Part shown: piece by piece, positions 29,470 through 49,975 of the stretch
Position numbering within the stretch: the stretch's first letter is position 1
Layout of the letters: every line of letters begins with the position of its first letter
Source: Deltaproteobacteria bacterium
GTDB taxonomy: Bacteria; Desulfobacterota; Syntrophia; Syntrophales; UBA2192
NCBI GenBank assembly: GCA_012728915.1
Contig: JAAYEC010000045.1
Coordinates: 9,803 to 73,802, forward strand
Direction of reading: 5' to 3'
Length of the DNA stretch: 64,000 bases
Translations under genes and position numbers: made by a program
The notes under the pieces: model-generated
Told to the model about the DNA's origin: nothing
Seen by the model: only the letters and a program-made list of their open reading frames with translations
Databases searched by the model: none

Positions 29470-29790
29470 TCACTGATCGAGCTGCTCGTTGCACTTTCGG
29501 CAGAAGCGCACTTTCTTGCCGTCCTCGAGGGTCCTGTAGCCGACGCGGACGCCCGTGTCGCACTTCGCGCACAGGGGGGCGACGTTGGACGCGCTCAGCG
29601 GGGCCTCCTTCTCCATGATGCCGCCCTTGCTCTTCTGGTCGGGACGCTGGTGGCGCTTGATCAGGTTGAGCTTCTCGATCACGACCTTGTCGCCGTCGGC
29701 CAGGATCTTCGTGATCTTGCCGGTCTTTCCTTTTTCCCTGCCGGCGATAACCTTTACCGTGTCACCTTTTTTCAGTCGGTTCGTCTGCAT
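29470..29790 (-). CDS. rplX: 50S ribosomal protein L24
   Basis: 106 aa; KOW motif ..[21 protein letters not shown]... Confidence 0.97.
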   Translation of the reverse strand: MQTNRLKKGDTVKVIAGREKGKTGKITKILADGDKVVIEKLNLIKRHQRPDQKSKGGIMEKEAPLSASNVAPLCAKCDTGVRVGYRTLEDGKKVRFCRKCNEQLDQ

Positions 29791-29812
29791 GCCTTTTCCC
29801 GTCCCCTGCGGC

Positions 29813-30181
29813 TCACAGCACTTCCGGAGCCAGCGAGATGATCTTCATGAACTGCTTGGCGCGAAGCTCCCGCGCCACGGGCCCGAAGATGCGCGTCCCC
29901 ACGGGCTCCATCTGGTTGTTGATGAGCACCGCCGAGTTGTCGTCGAACTTGAGGTATGTCCCGTCGCTCCGCCGGACCTCTTTCTTCGTCCGGACGACGA
30001 CGGCCCTCATGACGTCGCCTTTCTTCACCTTAGCGTTGGGGATCGCCTCCTTGACGGACACCACGATCACATCCCCCACGGTGGCGGTTCGCTTCCGCGA
30101 CCCGCCCAGCACGCCGATGCAGGACACCTTTTTTGCGCCCGAGTTATCCGCGGCATTCAAAATGGTACGCATCTGAATCAT
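29813..30181 (-). CDS. rplN: 50S ribosomal protein L14
   Basis: 122 aa; [28 protein letters not shown]... Confidence 0.97.
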   Translation of the reverse strand: MIQMRTILNAADNSGAKKVSCIGVLGGSRKRTATVGDVIVVSVKEAIPNAKVKKGDVMRAVVVRTKKEVRRSDGTYLKFDDNSAVLINNQMEPVGTRIFGPVARELRAKQFMKIISLAPEVL

Positions 30182-30219
30182 ATCGACACCCCGTTCAACT
30201 GCCTGTTTCCGATCCCGGG

Positions 30220-30477
30220 CTACTTCGCCTTTTCCAGGATTTCACGCACTCTCCAGCGCTTGTCCCGGCTCAGGGGGCGGGACTCCACGATCAGCACCGT
30301 GTCTCCCACGCCGCACTCGTTGCGCTCGTCGTGGGCCTTGTACTTCCGGTGCCGGCGCACGTACTTCCGGAAACCCGTGTGCTTGACGAGCCGCTCGGTT
30401 TTCACGACGACGGTCTTGTCCATCTTGTCGCTGACGACGACCCCTTTGATGGTCCGCTTGTTTCCCCTCTGGTCCAT
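30220..30477 (-). CDS. rpsQ: 30S ribosomal protein S17
   Basis: 85 aa; ..[27 protein letters not shown]... Confidence 0.97.
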   Translation of the reverse strand: MDQRGNKRTIKGVVVSDKMDKTVVVKTERLVKHTGFRKYVRRHRKYKAHDERNECGVGDTVLIVESRPLSRDKRWRVREILEKAK

Positions 30478-30479
30478 AC

Positions 30480-30674
30480 CTATTTCTGCAGCTCCTTCTG
30501 CTTCATGACGGTCTTGATGCGGGCAATGTCCTTGCGGACGTTCCTCAACGCCGCGGGGGAATCGAGCTGCCCCGTGGTGTGCCGGATTTTGAGCTTGAAG
30601 AGCTCGTCGGCGAGATCCCGCTCCTTCAGCCGGAGTTCCTCGACACTCAGGTCCCTGATTTCCTTAATCTTCAT
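30480..30674 (-). CDS. rpmC: 50S ribosomal protein L29
   Basis: 64 aa; [29 protein letters not shown]... Confidence 0.95.
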   Translation of the reverse strand: MKIKEIRDLSVEELRLKERDLADELFKLKIRHTTGQLDSPAALRNVRKDIARIKTVMKQKELQK

Positions 30675-31086
30675 CGAAGATATCCCTCGTCAAGAATTTC
30701 GTCGGAATGGACAGCTTGTTGGCCGCCAGGCGGAAGGCCTCGCGGGCCACCTCCGGGGTCACACCCTCCATCTCGTACATGACCGTCCCGGGCCTCACCG
30801 TCGCGATCCACCCTTCCGGGGCGCCCTTGCCCTTTCCCATGCGGGTCTCGGCGGGCTTTTTCGTGAAGGACTTGTGGGGAAAAATCCGGATCCAGATCTT
30901 CCCGCCGCGCTTGATGTGGCGCGTCATGGCGACACGGGCGCTCTCGATCTGCTGCGCCGTGACGCGGCCCGGAGCCAGAGCCTGCAGCCCGAACTGGCCG
31001 AAGGACACCTCGTTTCCCTTGGTGGCCTTGCCGCCCAGCCTGCCCTTCTGGATCTTCCTGAACTTGATGCGTTTCGGACTTAACAT
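30664..31086 (-). CDS. rplP: 50S ribosomal protein L16
   Basis: 140 aa; [27 protein letters not shown]... Overlaps the rpmC start by 11 nt. Confidence 0.97.
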   Translation of the reverse strand: MLSPKRIKFRKIQKGRLGGKATKGNEVSFGQFGLQALAPGRVTAQQIESARVAMTRHIKRGGKIWIRIFPHKSFTKKPAETRMGKGKGAPEGWIATVRPGTVMYEMEGVTPEVAREAFRLAANKLSIPTKFLTRDIFDED

Positions 31087-31119
31087 CGTCTGTGTCTCCT
31101 GATAACCGGTTCCGGCCTA

Positions 31120-31767
31120 CTAGGCGCTGGCCTGCTTCCTGTCGGGCAGCACGTCCCCGTGATAGATGAGCACCTTGACCCCGATGGCCCCGTAGGTCGT
31201 CCGCGCCTCGGCAAATCCGTAGTCGATGTCGGCCCGCAGGGTATGCAGGGGCACCTTGCCCTCGCGGTACCACTCCATCCGGGACATTTCGGCGCCGCCG
31301 AGGCGGCCCGAGCAGGTGATCCGGATCCCCTTGGCGCCGAACTTCAGGGCCGAGGTCACGCTCTTCTTCATGGCCCGCCGGAAGGCGATGCGGCGCTCGA
31401 GCTGCAGCGCCACGTTCTCGGCCACGAGCTGGGCGTCGATCTCGGGCTTGCGGACCTCCATGATGTTGATGATCGTCTCGCCGCCGGTCATCCCGTCCAG
31501 GTCCTTCTTGAGTTTCTCGATCTCGGAGCCCTTCTTGCCGATGACGATGCCGGGGCGGGCGGCATGGATGTTCACCTTCGCCTTGTCGGCGGCCCGCTCG
31601 ATCTCGATCTTCGAGATGCCCGCGTGGTAGAATTTCTTCTTCAGGAACTTGCGGAGCTTGATGTCCTGATGGACGAGGGTGCCGTAGTTCTTCTCGGCAA
31701 ACCACTTCGAGCTCCAGCCCTTGTTGATCCCCAGCCTCAATCCGATCGGGTTTACCTTCTGACCCAA
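31120..31767 (-). CDS. rpsC: 30S ribosomal protein S3
   Basis: 215 aa; (M)[23 protein letters not shown]... TTG start after GGAGGA. Confidence 0.97.
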   Translation of the reverse strand: MGQKVNPIGLRLGINKGWSSKWFAEKNYGTLVHQDIKLRKFLKKKFYHAGISKIEIERAADKAKVNIHAARPGIVIGKKGSEIEKLKKDLDGMTGGETIINIMEVRKPEIDAQLVAENVALQLERRIAFRRAMKKSVTSALKFGAKGIRITCSGRLGGAEMSRMEWYREGKVPLHTLRADIDYGFAEARTTYGAIGVKVLIYHGDVLPDRKQASA

Positions 31768-31787
31768 GATCCCATCCTCCTTGCGTC

Positions 31788-32120
31788 TTACTGCTCGTCG
31801 AGAACGACGGTGATGTGGCTCATCCGGCGCTTGATGGGCGCCACGCGCCCCATGGTCTTCGCCCTGTGGCGCTTCAGGGCCGGTCCCTGGTCCACGAAGA
31901 TCTCCTTGACGAAGAGGATCTTCTCGTCGATGTTCGGGTTCTGCGTCGCGTTGGCCAGGGCGCTCTTGAGCACCTTCTTCACGAGCCCGGCGGCCCGCTT
32001 GCGCGAGAAGGCCAGGATCCGGTCCGCCTCCTCGACCTTCAGGCCCCGGACCAGATCGACGACGAGCCGCGCCTTCTGCGGCGATATCCTCACGAACCGT
32101 GCAACTGCTCTTGCTTCCAT
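31788..32120 (-). CDS. rplV: 50S ribosomal protein L22
   Basis: 110 aa; [26 protein letters not shown]... Confidence 0.97.
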   Translation of the reverse strand: MEARAVARFVRISPQKARLVVDLVRGLKVEEADRILAFSRKRAAGLVKKVLKSALANATQNPNIDEKILFVKEIFVDQGPALKRHRAKTMGRVAPIKRRMSHITVVLDEQ

Positions 32121-32162
32121 GACGTCCTGTCTCCGGTTTTGCCGTTTCCCCGTGCGCGGCGA

Positions 32163-32444
32163 CTACTTGCGCACCTTGGTCTTTCGGTCGCCTGCGTGGC
32201 TGAAGAATGTCCGCGTCGGCGCGAACTCCCCGAGCTTGTGGCCCACCATGTTCTCCGTGACGAACACGGGGATGAACTTCTTGCCGTTGTGCACGGCAAA
32301 GGTGTGCCCGATCAGCTCCGGCGTGATCGTGGAGCGGCGAGACCAGGTCTTGATGACCCCCCGATCCCCGGCCGCCTCGGCCCTGCGGACCTTCTCGGCC
32401 AGCTTCGTCTCGATGTACGGGCCTTTCTTGATTGAGCGTGCCAC
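32163..32444 (-). CDS. rpsS: 30S ribosomal protein S19
   Basis: 93 aa; (M)[18 protein letters not shown]... The GTG start shares 1 nt with the rplB stop (TAGTG). Confidence 0.97.
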   Translation of the reverse strand: MARSIKKGPYIETKLAEKVRRAEAAGDRGVIKTWSRRSTITPELIGHTFAVHNGKKFIPVFVTENMVGHKLGEFAPTRTFFSHAGDRKTKVRK

Positions 32445-33271
32445 TATTTCTTGCCCCTCTTCTTGATGATGTATTTATCGGTCGTCTTGTTCCTGCGCGT
32501 CTTGTAGCCCTTCGTCGGCACGCCCCAGGGAGTGCAGGGGTGACGGCCGCCGGAGGTCTTGCCCTCGCCGCCTCCCATGGGGTGGTCGATGGGGTTCATG
32601 GCGACCCCGCGGACCCGGGGCGTCCGGCCCAGCCAGCGGGTCCGTCCCGCCTTGCCGAGGCTGATGCCCTCGTGGGTGGCATTGCCCACCTGGCCGATCG
32701 TGGCCTTGCACTCGATGTGGACCTTCCGGACCTCGCCGGAGGGGAGCCGCACCTGGGCGTAGTCTCCCTCCTTGGCCATGAGCTGCGCGTAGGTGCCGGC
32801 GGAGCGGACCATCTGGGCCCCCTTGCCGGGCCGCAGCTCGATATTGTGGACGAGCGACCCCAGGGGGATGTGGCGCAGCGGCATGGCATTGCCGGGCTTG
32901 ATGTCGGCCGAGGCGCTCGCGATGACCGGATCGCCCACCTTCAGCTCCGCCGGGGCGACGATGTAGCGCTTCTCGCCGTCGGCGTAGCTGACGAGCGCGA
33001 TGCGCGCCGAGCGGTTCGGGTCGTATTCGATGGTCTTCACCTTCGCCGGGATGTCCGTCTTCTCGCGGCGGAAGTCCACCACGCGGTACTTGCGCTTGTG
33101 CCCGCCGCCGCGGTGGCGGCTCGTCATGCGGCCGGCGTTGTTCCGGCCGCCCGTCTTCCGGACCGGGCGGGTCAGGCTCTTCTCGGGCTCCGAGGCCGTG
33201 ATCTCCTCGAAGGTCGAGCAGGTCTGGTACCGCCGGGCCGGCGTCGTGGGCTTCATGGTTTTGATCGCCAT
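32444..33271 (-). CDS. rplB: 50S ribosomal protein L2
   Basis: 275 aa; [17 protein letters not shown].. and ..[16 protein letters not shown]... Confidence 0.98.
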   Translation of the reverse strand: MAIKTMKPTTPARRYQTCSTFEEITASEPEKSLTRPVRKTGGRNNAGRMTSRHRGGGHKRKYRVVDFRREKTDIPAKVKTIEYDPNRSARIALVSYADGEKRYIVAPAELKVGDPVIASASADIKPGNAMPLRHIPLGSLVHNIELRPGKGAQMVRSAGTYAQLMAKEGDYAQVRLPSGEVRKVHIECKATIGQVGNATHEGISLGKAGRTRWLGRTPRVRGVAMNPIDHPMGGGEGKTSGGRHPCTPWGVPTKGYKTRRNKTTDKYIIKKRGKK

Positions 33272-33288
33272 GGGTCGTTGTCCTTATC

Positions 33289-33573
33289 CTAGACTTTGTC
33301 GAATATCTCGATGGAGCTGCCGGGCGCCACGGTGACGATGGCCTTCTTCCAGTCACGCTTCTTGCCCATGAGCCGCCCGTAGCGCTTCTGCTTCCCCAGG
33401 ATGTTCTGGGTCCGCACGCCGAGGACCTTCACCTTGAAGAGCTTCTCCACGGCCTTCTCGATCTCGATCTTGTTGGCCCGCGGATCCACCTCGAAGATGT
33501 ACTGGTTGCCTTCCCGCAGGAGGGTCGTCTTTTCGGTCACGAGCGGCCGTCGGATGATCTGATGGAGTTCCAT
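33289..33573 (-). CDS. rplW: 50S ribosomal protein L23
   Basis: ATG 33573 gives MELHQIIRRPLVTEKTTLLREGNQYIFEV... 94 aa. The start overlaps the rplD stop (TAATG). Confidence 0.95.
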   Translation of the reverse strand: MELHQIIRRPLVTEKTTLLREGNQYIFEVDPRANKIEIEKAVEKLFKVKVLGVRTQNILGKQKRYGRLMGKKRDWKKAIVTVAPGSSIEIFDKV

Positions 33574-34193
33574 TACGCCAGCGCCCCCTCTATCTTTTGG
33601 ATCGAAGGCTCCAAGAGCACGAGGCTGTCGTACTTCAGCAGGTCGTACACGTTGATGCCCTCGCATCGCATCATTTTCACGTCGGGAAGGTTCCGGGAGG
33701 ACTTCTCGAGCGTCTCGTCGGAGCGATCGATCACGACGAGCGTCTTCTTGAGCCCGAAGCGGTCGAGGACCTCCTTGAACGCCTTGGTCTTCGCCTCGGC
33801 CAGAGGGAAGTCCTTGAGCACTAGGAGCTTCTCCTCCCTGACCTTCATGCTCAGCGCCGAGATGAGGGCCAGCCTGCGCACCTTCTTGGGCACCGTGAAG
33901 GCGTACGTCCTCGGCGTGGGCCCGAAGATCGTTCCGCCGCCCCTCCAGAGGGGGGAGCGGATCGTGCCCACGCGGGCCCGGCCGGTGCCCTTCTGGCGCC
34001 AGGGCTTCTTGCCGCCGCCGCTGATCTCGCTGCGCTCCTTGGTGTCGTGGGTGCCCTGCCGCTTCGCGGCCATCTGCATCCGGACCACCTCGTAGAGGAC
34101 GTCCCGGTTGACCTCGGCCCCGAAGACGGCGTCGCTGAGCGACACTTCGGCCACCTTGTTCTTCTCGATATCGTATACGCTCACCACCGGCAT
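33573..34193 (-). CDS. rplD: 50S ribosomal protein L4
   Basis: An internal ATG of the 453-aa track ORF gives MPVVSVYDIEKNKVAEVSLSD..; ..KKPWRQKGTGRARVGTIRSPLWRGGG... 206 aa. Confidence 0.95.
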   Translation of the reverse strand: MPVVSVYDIEKNKVAEVSLSDAVFGAEVNRDVLYEVVRMQMAAKRQGTHDTKERSEISGGGKKPWRQKGTGRARVGTIRSPLWRGGGTIFGPTPRTYAFTVPKKVRRLALISALSMKVREEKLLVLKDFPLAEAKTKAFKEVLDRFGLKKTLVVIDRSDETLEKSSRNLPDVKMMRCEGINVYDLLKYDSLVLLEPSIQKIEGALA

Positions 34194-34216
34194 GGCTCGT
34201 TCACTCCAGTCGCTTC

Positions 34217-34849
34217 TCAGCTCTTTTTGACGGCGTTCTTGATGACGACGATCCCGTTCTTGCTTCCCGGGACGGCGCCCTTGACGAGGATGACGTTCAA
34301 CTCGGGGCGCACCCCCATGACGAGGAGGTTCTGCACCGTCTTGCGCTCGTCGCCCATGTGGCCCGGCATCCGCTGCCCCTTGAAGACCCTCGAGGGCGCC
34401 GCGCTGGCGCCGATGGACCCCGGGGCCCGGTGAAACATAGAGCCGTGAGAGCCCCGGCCGCCGCGGAAGCCGTGCCGCTTCACGCTGCCTGCAAACCCTC
34501 GTCCCTTGCTCGTCCCGGTGACGTCGACGTAATCCCCCACCTCGAACATGGACGCCGTCAGCTCCTGGCCCAGCTCGAGCTCGGCGGCCGCCTGCGTCTT
34601 GAACTCGCGCAGGACCCGGAAGAACCCCCGGTCCGCCTTGGCGAAGTGGCCCTGCAGGGGCTTCGTCACGTTCGCCTGCCGCTTGCGGTCGAACCCGAGC
34701 TGGATGGCGTTGTAGCCGTCGGACTCCTCGGTTTTCTTCTGGATCACGTAACAGGGGCCCGCCTCGATCACTGTGACGGGCACCGAGGCTCCGTCGGCGG
34801 CGAAGATCTGGGTCATCCCCAACTTTCTGCCTATCAATCCCTTTTCCAT
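34217..34849 (-). CDS. rplC: 50S ribosomal protein L3
   Basis: ATG 34849 gives [16 protein letters not shown]... The track ORF starts at GTG 34858. 210 aa. Confidence 0.95.
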   Translation of the reverse strand: MEKGLIGRKLGMTQIFAADGASVPVTVIEAGPCYVIQKKTEESDGYNAIQLGFDRKRQANVTKPLQGHFAKADRGFFRVLREFKTQAAAELELGQELTASMFEVGDYVDVTGTSKGRGFAGSVKRHGFRGGRGSHGSMFHRAPGSIGASAAPSRVFKGQRMPGHMGDERKTVQNLLVMGVRPELNVILVKGAVPGSKNGIVVIKNAVKKS

Positions 34850-34937
34850 AGCATCCACTTCCGCGCTGGCTGTGCGTGAGGGAACGAAAAAGGAGATGGA
34901 CCGGGGAACAGGCCGCCCATCTCCATGTCGTCACGCG

Positions 34938-35246
34938 TTACAACTTGATTTCCACGTCGACCCCGGCGGAGAGGTCCAGCTTCATCAAGGCGTCCACCGT
35001 GGCCTGCGTGGGATCAATGATGTCGATGAGCCGCTTGTGGGTCCTCACCTCGAACTGCTCCCGGGACTTCTTGTCCACGTGCGGCGAGCGGTTCACGCAG
35101 AACTTGTTGATCATCGTGGGAAGCGGGATGGGGCCCGCGACGCGGGCGCCGGTGCGCTTCGCCGTGTCCACGATGTCTTCGGCGGACCGGTCCAGCAGCT
35201 TGTAGTCGTACGCCTTCAGGCGGATTCGAATCTTCTGATCGGCCAT
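34938..35246 (-). CDS. rpsJ: 30S ribosomal protein S10
   Basis: 102 aa; [34 protein letters not shown]... Confidence 0.98.
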   Translation of the reverse strand: MADQKIRIRLKAYDYKLLDRSAEDIVDTAKRTGARVAGPIPLPTMINKFCVNRSPHVDKKSREQFEVRTHKRLIDIIDPTQATVDALMKLDLSAGVDVEIKL

Positions 35247-35267
35247 GATTCGTTCCTAACCCCCCGC

Positions 35268-36461
35268 TTACTCGATGATCTCGCTGATGACGCCGGCGCC
35301 GACGGTCTTGCCGCCCTCGCGGATGGCGAACCGCAGCTGCAGCTCCAGGGCGATGGGCGTGATGAGACTGACTTCCATCTCCACGTTGTCGCCGGGCATG
35401 ACCATCTCGACGCCCGCGGGAAGGGTCGCCACGCCCGTCACGTCCGTGGTGCGGAAGTAGAACTGAGGCCGGTAGCCGGAGAAGAACGGCGTGTGGCGGC
35501 CGCCCTCTTCCTTCGTCAGGACGTAGACCTGGGCCTTGAACTTCGTGTGGGGCGTGATCGAGCCGGGCTTGGCCACGACCTGGCCGCGCTCCACTTCCTC
35601 GCGCTTCGTGCCGCGCAGCAGCACGCCGATGTCGTCGCCGGCGCGCCCTTCTTCGAGGGTCTTGCGGAACATCTCGACGCCCGTGCAGACCGTTTTGAAG
35701 GTGGGCCGGATGCCGATGATCTCCACTTCGTCGCCCGTGCGGATGACCCCGCGGTCCACGCGGCCCGTCACGACGGTGCCGCGACCGGAGATGCTGAAGA
35801 CGTCGCCGACGGGCATCAGGAACGGCTTGTCGAGGTCGCGCTGCGGCTCGGGGATGTAGCTGTCGACGGCGTCCATGAGCTCGAAGATGCACTTGGCGTC
35901 GGGCGAGCTGGGGTCGTCGGCCTCCAGGGCCTTCAGGGCGGAGCCGCGGATGATGGGTGTCTTGTCGCCGGGGAAGGCATACTTCGTAAGCAGCTCCCTG
36001 AGCTCGAGCTCGACGAGGTCGAGCAGTTCGGGGTCGTCGACGAGGTCGACCTTGTTCATGAAGACGAGCATGTAGGGAACCTGCACCTGGCGGGCCAGCA
36101 GGATGTGCTCACGGGTCTGGGGCATGGGGCCTTCGGAGGCGGCGACGACGAGGATGGCTCCGTCCATGTGGGCGGCGCCCGAGATCATGTTTTTGATGTA
36201 GTCGGAGTGACCCGGGCAGTCGACGTGCGCGTAGTGGCGCTTCGCCGTCTCGTACTCCACGTGGGAGATGTTGATGGTCACGCCGCGCTCTTTTTCCTCC
36301 GGCGCGTTGTCGATCATATCAAAGGACATGAACTGGGCCAGTCCCTTCGTAGAGAGATGCTTCGTGATCGCGGCAGTCAACGTGGTCTTGCCGTGATCCA
36401 CGTGCCCGATGGTCCCGATATTGACGTGCGGCTTCGTCCTTTCGAATTTTTTCTTCGCCAT
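35268..36461 (-). CDS. tuf: Elongation factor Tu
   Basis: 397 aa; [32 protein letters not shown]... Confidence 0.99.
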   Translation of the reverse strand: MAKKKFERTKPHVNIGTIGHVDHGKTTLTAAITKHLSTKGLAQFMSFDMIDNAPEEKERGVTINISHVEYETAKRHYAHVDCPGHSDYIKNMISGAAHMDGAILVVAASEGPMPQTREHILLARQVQVPYMLVFMNKVDLVDDPELLDLVELELRELLTKYAFPGDKTPIIRGSALKALEADDPSSPDAKCIFELMDAVDSYIPEPQRDLDKPFLMPVGDVFSISGRGTVVTGRVDRGVIRTGDEVEIIGIRPTFKTVCTGVEMFRKTLEEGRAGDDIGVLLRGTKREEVERGQVVAKPGSITPHTKFKAQVYVLTKEEGGRHTPFFSGYRPQFYFRTTDVTGVATLPAGVEMVMPGDNVEMEVSLITPIALELQLRFAIREGGKTVGAGVISEIIE

Positions 36462-36521
36462 CTCCAGTTACCTCCTTACCTTCCGTATGATGATCGATGT
36501 TGATTGACTTGGCCCTGTGCC

Positions 36522-38597
36522 TCAGTTCATTTTCTTCCCGATGATCTCCCGGGCCCGGTCCTCCGACACGGCGGCGTAGGTCAAAAACTGCATCGTGTGC
36601 GTGGCCCGCCCCTGGGTCTTGGAGCGCAGGTCCGTGGCGTAGCCGAACATCTCGGCCAGCGGGACCTCGGCCTGGATCGCCTCGGAGCCCGGCCGGCTCT
36701 CGATGGAGACGATCTTGCCGCGCCGCGTGGTCAGGTTCCCGATCACGTCCCCCAGGTACTCCTTCGGGACGACGACCTCGACGGACATGACGGGCTCCAG
36801 CAGAACCGGGTGGGCCCGCCTGGCCCCGCTCTTGAATCCCATGGAGGCGGCGATCTTGAATGCCAGCTCCGACGAGTCCACCTCGTGGCTGGAGCCGTCC
36901 ACGACGGCCACCTTGACATCCACGACGGGGTAGCCGGCCAGCACCCCCTCCTCCATCGCCTCGACGATTCCCTTTTCGACGGCCGGGATATACTCCCGCG
37001 GCACCGCGCCGCCGACCACCCGGCTCTCGAAGGCCAGGCCTTTGCCCGGCTCGTTGGGCGCCATCTCGAGCCATACGTGGCCGAAGTGCCCGCGGCCGCC
37101 GGACTGGCGGACGAACCGTCCTTCCGCGCGGACGGCCTTGCGGATCGTTTCCCTGTAGGCCACCCGGGGCTTCCCGATGGTCGCCCCCAGCCCGAATTCC
37201 CGAGAGAGGCGGTCCACGATGATCTCCAGGTGGAGCTCGCCCATTCCCGAAATCAGCGTCTGCCCCGTCTCCCGGTCCACCCGGACCCGGAAGGAGGGGT
37301 CCTCCTTCTGGATCTTATCCAGGGCGAGGCCCATCTTCTCCTCGTCGGCCCTCGTCCTCGGCTCGATGGCGATCGCGATGACCGGCTCGGGAAAGCTCAG
37401 GGTCTCCAGGACGATCGGGTGATCCGGGTCGCAGAGTGTATCGCCCGTCGCCGTCGACGAGAGGCCCACGGCGGCCACGATGTCGCCCGTCCGGGCTTTC
37501 CGGATGTCCTCGCGCTTGTTGGCGTGCATCTTGAGGATGCGGCCGATGCGCTCTCGTTTTTTCTTTGTCGCGTTGAAGACGGTTGAACCCGCGTCGAGCA
37601 CCCCCGAGTAGACCCGAAAGTAGGTTAGCTGTCCGACGTAGGGGTCCGTGACTATTTTGAAAGCGAGCGCAGCGAAAGGCTCGTCGTCGCTTGCCGCCCG
37701 CCGGGTCTCGGTGTCCTTCTTCCCCTTCCCGGTCACCGGCGGCATATCCGCAGGCGAGGGAAGGAAATCGACGACCGCATCCAGGAGCGGCTGGATCCCT
37801 TTGTTCTTGAAGGCGGCCCCACAGCAGACCGGGATAACCTTCATGGCGAGGGTCTGCCTCCGGAGCGCGGCCGTGATCTCCCCGCGGGAGAACGCGGCGC
37901 CTTCCAGGTATTTCTTCATGATCGCATCATCGACGTCCGCGAGAGACTCGATGAGCCTCTCCCGTGCCGCACGGGCCTCGTCCCGGATGGCGGCCGGGAT
38001 GTCCCCGGCGCGAACCGCCGCCCCGGGGGTGTCGGCGTCGTACAGCATCGCCTGCATGCCGATCAGGTCGACGACCCCCCGGAATGCGTCCTCGGCGCCG
38101 ACGGGAATCTGGACGGGCAAGGCGTTCGCGCCCAGCCGCCCGCGGATCATCTCGACGGTCCTCGCGAAGTCGGCCCCCACACGGTCCATCTTGTTGACGA
38201 AGGCGATGCGGGGCACACGGTAGCGGTCGGCCTGCCGCCAGACCGCCTCGGACTGGGGTTCGACCCCTTCGACGGCCGTGAACAGCGCCACGGCCCCGTC
38301 GAGGATCCGGAGCGATCGCTCCACCTCGATCGTGAAGTCCACGTGGCCCGGCGTGTCGATGAGGTTGACGCGGCAGTTGCGCCAGGAGCATGTCGTGGCG
38401 GCGGAGGCGATCGTGATCCCCCGCTCCTGTTCCTGCTCCATGAAGTCCATGACGGCCGTGCCGTCGTGGACCTCTCCCATCCTGTAGGAGATGCCCGTGT
38501 AGAAGAGGATGCGTTCGGTCACGGTCGTCTTGCCCGCATCGATGTGAGCCATAATGCCGATGTTGCGGACATTCTCCAGTGCGGTCTGCCGTGCCAC
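36522..38597 (-). CDS. fusA: Elongation factor G
   Basis: 691 aa; (M)[30 protein letters not shown]... GTG start. Confidence 0.98.
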   Translation of the reverse strand: MARQTALENVRNIGIMAHIDAGKTTVTERILFYTGISYRMGEVHDGTAVMDFMEQEQERGITIASAATTCSWRNCRVNLIDTPGHVDFTIEVERSLRILDGAVALFTAVEGVEPQSEAVWRQADRYRVPRIAFVNKMDRVGADFARTVEMIRGRLGANALPVQIPVGAEDAFRGVVDLIGMQAMLYDADTPGAAVRAGDIPAAIRDEARAARERLIESLADVDDAIMKKYLEGAAFSRGEITAALRRQTLAMKVIPVCCGAAFKNKGIQPLLDAVVDFLPSPADMPPVTGKGKKDTETRRAASDDEPFAALAFKIVTDPYVGQLTYFRVYSGVLDAGSTVFNATKKKRERIGRILKMHANKREDIRKARTGDIVAAVGLSSTATGDTLCDPDHPIVLETLSFPEPVIAIAIEPRTRADEEKMGLALDKIQKEDPSFRVRVDRETGQTLISGMGELHLEIIVDRLSREFGLGATIGKPRVAYRETIRKAVRAEGRFVRQSGGRGHFGHVWLEMAPNEPGKGLAFESRVVGGAVPREYIPAVEKGIVEAMEEGVLAGYPVVDVKVAVVDGSSHEVDSSELAFKIAASMGFKSGARRAHPVLLEPVMSVEVVVPKEYLGDVIGNLTTRRGKIVSIESRPGSEAIQAEVPLAEMFGYATDLRSKTQGRATHTMQFLTYAAVSEDRAREIIGKKMN

Positions 38598-38627
38598 GAA
38601 GAAACACCCTGGTTTTGTAAAAGAGCT

Positions 38628-39098
38628 CTAGAACCGGTAATGGGCGAAGGCCTTGTTGGCCTCGGCCATCTTGTGGACGTCCTCGCGCTTCTTCACGGAG
38701 GCGCCGCGGTTTTGGGCTGCGTCCATGAGCTCGCCGGCGAGCTTTTCCCGCATCGTCTTTTCCGCGCGGGACATGGAGTTGCCGATGATCCACCGGAAGG
38801 CCAGGGCCTGCCTGCGGCCGGGGGCCACCTCCGTGGGGACCTGGTAGGTGGCGCCGCCGACGCGGCGGGAGCGCACCTCGATGATCGGCTTGACGTTGTC
38901 GATGGCCTTCTCGAAGACGGCCAGGGGCTGATCCTTGGCCCGCTTTTCGATGATGTCGAAGGCGCCGTAGAGAATGCTCTCGGCGGTGCTCTTCTTGCCC
39001 TTCTTCATGAGGCTGTTGACGAACTTCGCCACGAGCGCGCTGCCGTGCTTGGCGTCGGGCGTGACCTGTCGTTTCTGGATTTCTCGTCGTCTTGGCAT
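38628..39098 (-). CDS. rpsG: 30S ribosomal protein S7
   Basis: ATG 39098 gives [37 protein letters not shown]... 156 aa. Confidence 0.97.
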   Translation of the reverse strand: MPRRREIQKRQVTPDAKHGSALVAKFVNSLMKKGKKSTAESILYGAFDIIEKRAKDQPLAVFEKAIDNVKPIIEVRSRRVGGATYQVPTEVAPGRRQALAFRWIIGNSMSRAEKTMREKLAGELMDAAQNRGASVKKREDVHKMAEANKAFAHYRF

Positions 39099-39112
39099 GC
39101 TGGATTCCCCGG

Positions 39113-39484
39113 TCAGCTCGGCTTCTTGGCGCCGTACTTCGAACGGCCCTGCTTGCGGTCCTGGACGCCGACGGCATCCAGGGTACCCCGGACGATGTGG
39201 TAGCGGACGCCGGGAAGGTCCTTCACGCGGCCGCCCCGGACGAGCACGACCGAGTGCTCCTGGAGGTTGTGGCCGATGCCCGGGATGTAGGCGGACACTT
39301 CGTAGCCGCTCGTCAAGCGTACCCGGGCCACCTTCCGAAGCGCCGAGTTGGGCTTCTTGGGCGTCGTCGTGTAGACGCGGACGCATACGCCGCGGCGCTG
39401 CGGGCAGGACACCAGGGCGGGGGCCTGCGTCTTCTTCCGGATCTGCTGCCTTCCTTTCCGCACTAACTGGTTGATCGTCGGCAT
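39113..39484 (-). CDS. rpsL: 30S ribosomal protein S12
   Basis: ATG 39484 gives [24 protein letters not shown]..; ..[18 protein letters not shown]... Confidence 0.98.
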   Translation of the reverse strand: MPTINQLVRKGRQQIRKKTQAPALVSCPQRRGVCVRVYTTTPKKPNSALRKVARVRLTSGYEVSAYIPGIGHNLQEHSVVLVRGGRVKDLPGVRYHIVRGTLDAVGVQDRKQGRSKYGAKKPS

Positions 39485-39544
39485 GAAATTCCTTCTATCC
39501 CTTTCTGTCCACAATGAAGGGGCTCGCGAAAGCTTGAATTTCTA

Positions 39545-43669
<4,125 letters not shown>

Positions 43670-43690
43670 GAGGGTACTCCTTGTATTCGC

Positions 43691-43780
43691 GGCTAGGGGC
43701 TAAGGGCTAACGGCTACCGGTCGGAGGGGAAAGAGCGGTCTCCCCTGCCTTTCGCCGTTCGCCTTTTGCCATTTGCCGTC

Positions 43781-43781
<1 letters not shown>
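43691..43781. repeat. Heptad-periodic inverted array element (copy B) filling the rpoB-rpoC spacer
   Basis: Plus strand GGCTAGG GGCTAAG GGCTAAC GGCTACC (43691-43718); hairpin AGGGGA-N10-TCCCCT; then GCCTTTC GCCGTTC GCCTTTT GCCATTT GCCGTCT (43747-43781), touching the rpoB stop. Confidence 0.7.
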
Positions 43782-47872
<4,091 letters not shown>

Positions 47873-48063
47873 GTTCTTCGCTTCCTCAAAAAGATGGACC
47901 ACCCCGTATGCGTCTCCGGGCTTCCCCCGGCCTGCTCCGCAGGCCGCACCGGGAAGCGGAGGTCTTCCGACCGGGCCGGAAGAGTCCTCCCCTCCCTGGA
48001 CTCGTGGAAACCCGTAACGCCGCTACGGGGAGTCATGATTGGTTGCCCCAAGATCAACGTGCC

Positions 48064-48450
48064 TTACTTGATCTCGACAGTGGCGCCTACGGCCTCCAGC
48101 TTCTTCTTGATCTCGTCGGCTTCCGTCTTGGCAATGCCTTCCTTGACGGGCTTGGGCACACCTTCGACGAGGTCCTTCGCTTCCTTCAGGCCGAGGCCCG
48201 TGATGGCGCGGATTTCCTTGATGACCTGGATCTTCTCGGCGCCGAAGCTCGTGAGAACGACGTCAAACTCCGTCTTCTCCTCGGCCGCCGCGGCCGCCAC
48301 GGGCGCGGCACCGCCAGCCACAGCCGCCACGGCCACCGGGGCCGCCGCCGACACGCCGAACTTCGCCTCCAGCTCCTTGACGAGCTCCGAGAGCTCGAGC
48401 ACCGTCATTCCTTCGATATACTTGACAACGTCTTCCTTCGTAATCGCCAT
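48064..48450 (-). CDS. rplL: 50S ribosomal protein L7/L12
   Basis: ATG 48450 gives [38 protein letters not shown]... 128 aa. Confidence 0.97.
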   Translation of the reverse strand: MAITKEDVVKYIEGMTVLELSELVKELEAKFGVSAAAPVAVAAVAGGAAPVAAAAAEEKTEFDVVLTSFGAEKIQVIKEIRAITGLGLKEAKDLVEGVPKPVKEGIAKTEADEIKKKLEAVGATVEIK

Positions 48451-48466
48451 GTTTCTCCGTCCTTCC

Positions 48467-48994
48467 TTAATGGTTTTCTTTTTCTTTTTTCTGCCTGGTT
48501 GCCTCGAGGACCTGCACAAGGCCGCGCGGCACGGCGCTCAGCACCGTGACGAGCTGGGTCGGGACCGCCATGAGGGTCCCCAAAAGCTTGGCCAGAAGCA
48601 CCTCCCGGCTGGGCAGCTCGGAGATGAGGTCCAGCTGCTGCCGGCTGACCATCCTGCCGTCCATCCAGGCGAACTGGATATCCAGCTCGGGGTTTTTCCT
48701 GGCAAAGTCGATGAGGACCTTGGTGGGGGGCGCCACGTCGCCACCGATCATGGACAGCGACAGGGGACCCTTGAGGTTGTCCTTCAGTCCCGCGAAGTCC
48801 GTCCCCTGGGCCGCGATGCCCAGGAGAGTGTTCTTCACGACCCGGAACTCGGTTCCCGTCTTGCGCAGTTCATTCCTCAAGGCAGTGATCTTCTCCACGT
48901 TCATGCCTCTGTACCCGGCAAGAACGGCGAGTTTGGCATCCTTGAGCTTCCCGTGAAGCTCCGCGACTGCCTGCTCCTTTTCCTTTCTGTCCAA
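48467..48994 (-). CDS. rplJ: 50S ribosomal protein L10
   Basis: 175 aa; (M)[32 protein letters not shown]... TTG start after AAAGGAGG. Confidence 0.95.
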   Translation of the reverse strand: MDRKEKEQAVAELHGKLKDAKLAVLAGYRGMNVEKITALRNELRKTGTEFRVVKNTLLGIAAQGTDFAGLKDNLKGPLSLSMIGGDVAPPTKVLIDFARKNPELDIQFAWMDGRMVSRQQLDLISELPSREVLLAKLLGTLMAVPTQLVTVLSAVPRGLVQVLEATRQKKEKENH

Positions 48995-49259
48995 CCTAGA
49001 ACCTCCTTTCCCACGGTCAATTGCCCTTCACGGTTTCAGGGGCCGGAAGGCTTCGAAAGTCGGAGCGATCTGCAGGGAGAAACATGACTGCCTGAACGAG
49101 GATTCATCCGGCGGGGGGTCCGCCGCTTCCTTTTCATCCCGTCGTCGCCGGGGGCGGCTCGGGGATCCCGTCTCGGCAGGCCGGCCCGAGGGCCGATTAA
49201 ACTCCCTGTACCTGCTGTCTCCGACTCTTCGTTTGCGCGTTATGGCATGACGGCCGGCG
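48995..49259 (-). promoter_or_regulatory. Long rplJ leader (position of the L10 autoregulatory leader)
   Basis: A 265-nt non-coding gap between rplA and rplJ with GC-rich hairpins. In many bacteria this is the L10(L12)4-binding leader. Its structure was not verified here. Confidence 0.35.
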
Positions 49260-49961
49260 CTACTTCATCATGTTCCGGATATCAAGGGGGTCGACCCTGA
49301 CGCCCGGACCCATGGTGGTGGATAGGGATATGCTCTTGAGATAGGTTCCTTTGCTCGATGCCGGTTTCAGCTTGATGATCGTTTCCAGCAGGGCCGTCAC
49401 GTTATCCAGAAGTTTCTCGGGGCCGAAGGAGGCCTTCCCGACGGGGGTGTGGACGATCCCGGCCTTCTCGACGCGGAACTCGACCTTGCCCGCCTTGAGC
49501 TCCCTCACCACCTTGCCCACGTCGAAGGTCACCGTGCCGACCTTCGGATTGGGCATGAGGCCGCGGGGTCCCAGGACCTTGCCCAGCTTGCCCACGGTGC
49601 CCATCATGTCCGGCGTGGCCACGACGCGGTCGAACTCGAGCCAGCCGCCCTTGATCTTCTCCACCAGGTCGTCGGAGCCCGCGAAATCGGCTCCAGCGTC
49701 GGTGGCTTCCTTTTCCTTTTCCCCCTTCGCGAACACGAGGACCCGCACGGTCTTGCCCAGGCCGTGGGGAAGCGCCACGCTGCCCCGGACCATCTGGTCC
49801 GCGTGCTTGGGATCGACGCCGAGCCGGATCGAGGCGTCCATCGTCTCGTCGAACTTGGCGCCGGCCGTGCCGACGACGATCTCCACGGCCTCCTTCAGGG
49901 GATACCGTTTCCCCGATTCGACCTTCTTTTTTGCCTCCGCGTATCTCTTGCCTCTGGCCAT
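49260..49961 (-). CDS. rplA: 50S ribosomal protein L1
   Basis: ATG 49961 follows GAGAGG and gives [26 protein letters not shown]... The track ORF begins at TTG 49967. Confidence 0.96.
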   Translation of the reverse strand: MARGKRYAEAKKKVESGKRYPLKEAVEIVVGTAGAKFDETMDASIRLGVDPKHADQMVRGSVALPHGLGKTVRVLVFAKGEKEKEATDAGADFAGSDDLVEKIKGGWLEFDRVVATPDMMGTVGKLGKVLGPRGLMPNPKVGTVTFDVGKVVRELKAGKVEFRVEKAGIVHTPVGKASFGPEKLLDNVTALLETIIKLKPASSKGTYLKSISLSTTMGPGVRVDPLDIRNMMK

Positions 49962-49975
49962 GGCCAAACCTCTCG

